A stretch of 56,646 bases of DNA from Hydrolagus affinis (Eukaryota), in assembly GCA_012026655.1 (NCBI GenBank), contig JAAILG010002227.1:1-56646 (forward strand). Direction: 5' to 3'. Below, in pieces: positions 28,178-56,646 of this stretch. A model generated the notes under the pieces. That model saw nothing but the letters and a program-made list of their open reading frames with translations. It did not search any database and was not told the origin of the DNA. Within the stretch, counting starts at the first letter, position 1; the number at the start of each line of letters is the position of its first letter. The translations under genes were made by a program, and so were the position numbers.

Positions 28178-31100
28178 GCTGTTTCAATGGAAGAATATTG
28201 TAAAAAAAAAAGCTGTTCTATGGACTCAGTCTACTGTAGAAGCTACTATGCTTTGTGCCATACCAATCAGCTATACATTGAGTCAATGCTTTCTGAATCC
28301 AGTCCTGTAGGCAATAACGTTACCATGTATGCAGTCAAGCCTTGGTAGTTCAAACAATGGTAAATAGAATATTGTGCTTTGTACAATCTAGAAAATTGGA
28401 ATTAAATTTTGAGTTGTCATATTTGCATTAACCACCTGAACATAACATTTCTTTGGGATTATTATTTTTACCCTTACCTATGTTAGAAAATAAATGGTAT
28501 ATTTAGTCTAAATTCATTCCTGAGACTGTCATAGTCTGAATTTCCAGTATGTCACCCTTTTTGTATATGACTGCATTCCAGAGCCTAATACTTTGGCTTA
28601 TCATTGCATTTCCATTTACTAATAAAAAAAATACATTTTAAACTGTTTTGAACTCTAAATACATCCCTAATAAATCTGACAATTATAAAGGATTTACTTT
28701 TTTTCTTTTAAAAAAAAATCCAATTACTCATAAGCAAAGTTCTGTACCAAATGACTTAGTTACCTATCTATATGTTGTGGATACACAATACTTGTTTGTA
28801 ACATTGCCTTGAGTTGCCGTCTGAGATTGCCATTGCTTCTCAGTGCATTGCTTCATCCTATGCCTTGCAACAAACTTGACAATGGTAGATGAATTGTAAA
28901 ACTTCCTACAGAATTTAAGATTAAAATAATTATGATCCACTTCAAAAAAAAATTGGTGGGAAGCCTATCCCAAGTTGGATGTGGTGGCATCCTCCGTTTT
29001 AGTAATGCACTGCATGGATGTGATGTAAAAAGTAAAACAAGAGGAATGATGCATAGAACATAGACCATTGCAAGAGGATTATTTGGGAATAAACTCTATT
29101 GAAAGTAAATCCGATTCAGTTCCCCTTTAAAATGTAAAATAACTAGTTTTGATTCCTGCTAGATTGGTTTGAAATTTCTATTTATTCAGACATTTGGAAT
29201 CTCATTTTATAATTTTATTTTGGAGAAAAAAAAAGTTCCATACATGTTGTCTTGTCTGCGTCTTGTATAATCTACGACCGAGTTGAAGGTTCTGATAAAA
29301 CATTTATTTGTACCAAATCAGCTGTGGCAAGAATTCTCAGGGTTGGTGATTCTTGATCCATTCCAACATCCGCTTAAGCGTTTCAAATAATGCAACTTTT
29401 TTGGTGCTTTTATAATCTGTCGTGTCAGACAATTGACTCCGTTTGATTTGTTTTAACAAATGAGCTCTGTTCTGTCCTAAAAACTAAAGAGCATTTCAAG
29501 ATGCCTCATGGAGATTGGAAAAAAAAAGTGCACTCTTCTAAATAATGAGCACTGGAAGTTTGAAAAGCTGTTTGGATGAAGACATGGTTCGCTGCATGTG
29601 TCTTAAGTGTAGTGCACGCATGCCTGTCATCACTTAATTCATCCAGTTTTCAATATTAGTGATCAAAAGGTCGGAGGAAAACCACATATGTATTTGCGCA
29701 TATTCTCTAAGCACTTCATTTAGTTTGGTCAGTCTCTTTGGAGACCCTTAACGCCATGTTCGTACTTTAGTGGTACAAACTGCTCATTGGGTTTGTGATG
29801 GAAACTTTCACGCTGAGAGTATACGTAAATACTATTAAAAAAAAATCAAGTTCCCAGCTGTTTACATTATTTTTAAGAGCCTTTTTTGAGCATAGCATGC
29901 TGAAGCACCTATAAAATTGTGGGGATTTTCAGGGCTGTAAAGAACATTTGAAGGTCGAACCCAACCTTTTAGGATAAACCTTCAAATTTCTCAAAACATT
30001 TCCTGTTTAACTTGAAAATACTTAAAATTAATATACCTGCATAATAAGCATGATGGAAAATTAAACGTTCCTATAGCTGTTGAGTATTTTCTTCCTAGCC
30101 ATCGTTGTTGGAACACTTTTCTTTCTCTTCTCCTGCCCCCCCCCACCTCTTGGCCTCCCAACCATGCCTTGTGTTCCAGGGCTGTAAGGTGCTTTATGTA
30201 TGGAATCTTGTAGTGCTTTCTTCATTTGTATACCATTGTTTGAACTTCCTTCTTACATTGATTAGTAGTTTTTCACATTCATTGGTTTTGGGTGTTCAGT
30301 ATGTTTGTGTGAGGTGTTCCAGGAGGGTTGTAATTTTATTTTGCCCACTAGAAACTGTATATTGTTTGTGTACAATTCAAAGTAAGATACAATCTTTGGC
30401 ATTGTTCCTAATTTTAACTTATCTAACATTAAAGATTGACACTCACCAAGTTGCAAGCCCACTTTGAATTACCTTTTTTTTTCCTCCTTCTGCTGAGATT
30501 AATCAGCAATTGTTTGAATTTAATGGCAATTGTTGAGAGGCGATAGCATTTCTTTTCTGGATTTTCTATGTCACACAGGATGTTGGTGTGGTAAAAGTTA
30601 CACCAGTTTCAAGCTATTTCCAACATTATGCAGTGCTGGCTACAAGACAGCAAGTTCAAGAGATTTATTTTGTATATTTGTAATACTTTGCAGAATACAT
30701 TTTTTTTTCTCTCATAGTTTAAAATTCCGAAAAAAGAGGACCCATTTAAATGCATAGACTTTGAATGAGTGATTTCAGGAGGTTTATATGTGTGTTGATT
30801 CTGGAGATCAACCAGCATAAAGTGCAGATTGTACAGCCAATATATGAGCAATTTTATGATTGGTTCCTTTAAAAAAACGGAATGCGTAGTGTTTAAAGAA
30901 AAGGTAATTCCAAACTTGTTCTGGTGATTTGTTTTTCTTTAAAAGCAGTTGTTTTGATTGAAACCTTTTAAGTTTCTATGTATCTTTTTTTTAAAAAAAT
31001 GCCCTGTACAAGAGGAATGTCCAGTAATATGACAAGTGACCTTTAGTGTGATACCAATACTAAATGGCTTCATTTTAATATTGTACATATGTTGTACTTT

Positions 31101-31450
31101 GTTTTAAGTAGTGTAATATCTAATAAAAAAATAGATTTCATATTTTGTACAAAATGGTCCTATGTACAGAATTTAAAAAATTCATAGCAACTACAGAGTT
31201 GGTAAGTGGCACAGATGTTTTTCTTTAGAAAATATTTGCAACCAGTTGGCATTAAAATTGTTGAAATGTCAAAATGTTGACTTTAAATTTTGACGTTTTG
31301 AGTTGGTTATCTTTGTATTAACATTTTACTCTGCACTTTTCTTTTTAATGCAAAGTGATTGTACATCAAACTAACTAAAACTACCATAATCATTTTCACG
31401 TATTCAACCTGTGAATGATGGTAATAAAAGTGCAGGTTAATTGCCTTTAT
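28178..31450 (+). other. PPP2R5C: PPP2R5C long 3' UTR (end approximate)
   Basis: AT/U-rich with no recognisable SINE or L2 copy. AATAAA at 28489, 28621, 28669, 29088, 31122, 31423. Confidence 0.6.
31122..31428 (+). terminator. Candidate distal polyadenylation signals of PPP2R5C
   Basis: AATAAA at 31122-31127, preceded by several TGTA motifs, and at 31423-31428, followed by U-rich sequence. Confidence 0.5.
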
Positions 31451-31825
31451 TTTACTCCACTTCTGTGCAACATCAAAACACATGCAAGTGCTGGGAAATG
31501 ACTAGGTTTCATAACTGATTCCTGTTCTACTTTAACACATCGAGTGGCAAACTGGGTAGTGTATATGGGAAATTTTTGTGAACAAAACGACACATGATGG
31601 ATCACTTTTCTCCCTCTTGAGAATTCAAAACTACACATTGCTCTTTTTATAAGATGTGTGCTGCAACACACTCTAGTGGTTGATATTGATGTTCATCCCC
31701 TTGAAGCCTCTTCATGGTTTGCTAGCGAATTAACTGTTCGCAACCACAATTGGGATCTATAATTGTGAGATGATTCCATCAAAGTTTACTAGCAACATAG
31801 TGGTCATAAAAGTATAGATATATGA

Positions 31826-31864
31826 TGTGTGTGTGTATATATATATATATATATACACACATAT
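31826..31864. repeat. (GT)n(TA)n(CA)n compound microsatellite
   Basis: atgtgtgtgtgtatatatatatatatatatacacacatat. Confidence 0.8.
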
Positions 31865-32129
31865 AAAATCCAGGTCCACACTTAACAATTTTGTACCATT
31901 CAGGACAGTGCCTTAGCCTTAGGTTATTTCAAAATCACGACACTGCTTTTACACCGCCATCTGCAGAAAGAAGCTCCAGTCGAGATCTGGAATAGCTCAA
32001 ATAAATCCGCTCGATTCCATTTGCACTCATTAGACCAGACAGAAGCGGCAGTCGAGATCTGGATTCAGCCCTTTTAATACCACGAGTAGCTGGGTACGAT
32101 TAATACACATGAAAACTGGTCTGACTTGC

Positions 32130-32312
32130 CTTATAACAACCCCAAAAACAACGATAGCCTGGTCACTTCAAGCCACCGCTGTTTGTGGGGACGCTGCCGT
32201 GCGTTTCGCCCACGTGTGTACAGCCAATTGGCTTTACGGTACACGGTATTCTGCGAATTTGACGCGGCTGGGAGATGTGAAAAGCGCTGTATCAAATGCA
32301 ACAAGATACAAT
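32130..32312 (+). mobile_element. Diverged SINE copy upstream of DYNC1H1 promoter
   Basis: ctgtttgtggggacgctgccgtgcgtttcgcccac...gatgtgaaaagcgctgtatcaaatgcaa. Confidence 0.7.
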
Positions 32313-32439
32313 AGAAAATAACGTGCAGTGTGTGAGGGGGGGGGGCGGTGTGTGTGATTCCCCGGCAAGGTCGGCAAAGTACCTGGTGCATTTACCGTCC
32401 ATTTCACATTTCACTCTGAAAATGTCCCATTGAAAATGA

Positions 32440-32548
32440 CATGACACTTGACGGTATATTGGCGAGGCTCAACGAGACGTCTAGAAACACGGGAAAGACG
32501 CTGCAGTATATATCAAAATGCAAGGATTATTATAATATTATTATTATT
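32440..32548 (+). mobile_element. Diverged SINE 3' fragment abutting promoter
   Basis: gagacgtctagaa...tatatcaaaatgcaaggattattataatattattattatt. Confidence 0.65.
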
Positions 32549-32964
32549 GCCGGTAAACAAAAGAATCGCCAACTAACGAACTGTAACTGCTGTGTCATCA
32601 AGTGACGCAGTGACTGATCAACCGACCGATACGGACTCTGGCCTAGGGTCGTGGTGCCCTCTGGGAGATGTAGTTTCTTTCCCCCCCCCAGCCGGAAGCT
32701 GGTGCTGCTGTTTGATGTGTATGTGAGGAGGGGCTGGGGACTACAACTTCCAGAGCGCACTGCGGGAGTGTGGCAGCCACGTGTTTCCGGTATGACTTCA
32801 CCCGCCGCATTCGTCACGTGTTGCGGCGGATAGTAGGTGGGGAGGAGACGACGACACGACACCTCAGACGTTGATCAGAGGCTGAGATACAGACGCTGAA
32901 CTGACAGACCGACCGACCGACCGAGCAGAGGGAGAGTCACCAGGACTCGCTCCGTCCTCTCCCA

Positions 32965-56209
<23,245 letters not shown>

Positions 56210-56316
56210 TAAACATATTTACTCCTTTTTCAGTAACGTCCATGGATTTAAAAGTAATGCGATATTCTTGTTTGTAATCTTTTAGAAGAAACCACTGCAT
56301 CGCTCCTTAAATCTGT

Positions 56317-56515
56317 GTCCTTCAGCCACTCTGCCCCTAACCTCTGGAATTCTATCCCACAGTCCCTCCGCCTCGCCCCCTCCCTAGCCTCCTTGAAGTC
56401 CCGCCTCAAGACCCTCCTCTTCGACGTCCCATCGGTCATACCAAAAGCCCTCCACCCTCCCCGATCCTGACCCCCAGCTCACGTCTGACACATTGGCTGT
56501 CCAGTGCTTTGGGAC
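56317..56515 (+). mobile_element. L2 family A 3' fragment, tail truncated
   Basis: SFSHSAPNLWNSIPQSLRLAPSLASLKSRLKTLLFD, then a 3' UTR ending at gtccagtgctttgggac. Confidence 0.85.
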
Positions 56516-56646
56516 AACAACAACAACAACAACAACAAATTACATTTATAGAGCGCCTTTCACGTCGGGAGGACGTCCCAAGGCGCTGCACAGGGGGAGT
56601 GTGACCCGAGCTGGGAGGGGAGTGTTTGGGCGGGGGTGAAACACGA
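56516..56646 (-). mobile_element. L2 family A 3' end with (CAA)n tail, runs off window
   Basis: (caa)n attacatttatagagcgcctttcacgtcgggaggacgtcccaaggcgctg. Confidence 0.85.

Overview
Vertebrate genomic DNA, not microbial. It carries two tandem + strand protein-coding genes in the same order as human 14q32. (1) PPP2R5C (PP2A B56-gamma): 13 coding exons at 10799-28177, with the first coding exon(s) apparently upstream of the window, followed by a ~3.2 kb 3' UTR. (2) DYNC1H1 (cytoplasmic dynein 1 heavy chain): a CpG-rich promoter at ~32550-33230 and 44 consecutive in-phase coding exons at 32965-56196 (tail, linker, AAA1-AAA3, start of AAA4), running off the window end. Introns hold about 19 copies or fragments of one tRNA-headed SINE with an L2-type tail, many L2 LINE 3' ends, CR1 relics and older Deu-domain-type SINE relics. 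The compact introns and repeat types suggest a cartilaginous fish such as a chimaera (inference). Most ORFs in the supplied track are exon fragments, antisense shadows or repeat-derived noise. I found no evidence for a new biological system. The best second-look items are a GC-AG intron in DYNC1H1, a candidate short alternative terminal exon of PPP2R5C, a probably spurious 100-N gap, covarying SINE/LINE 3' stem-loops, nested insertions with target-site duplications, inverted repeat pairs, and a flip in SINE orientation near the DYNC1H1 promoter. Repeat boundaries are approximate, and family names come from recalled consensus features, not database searches.
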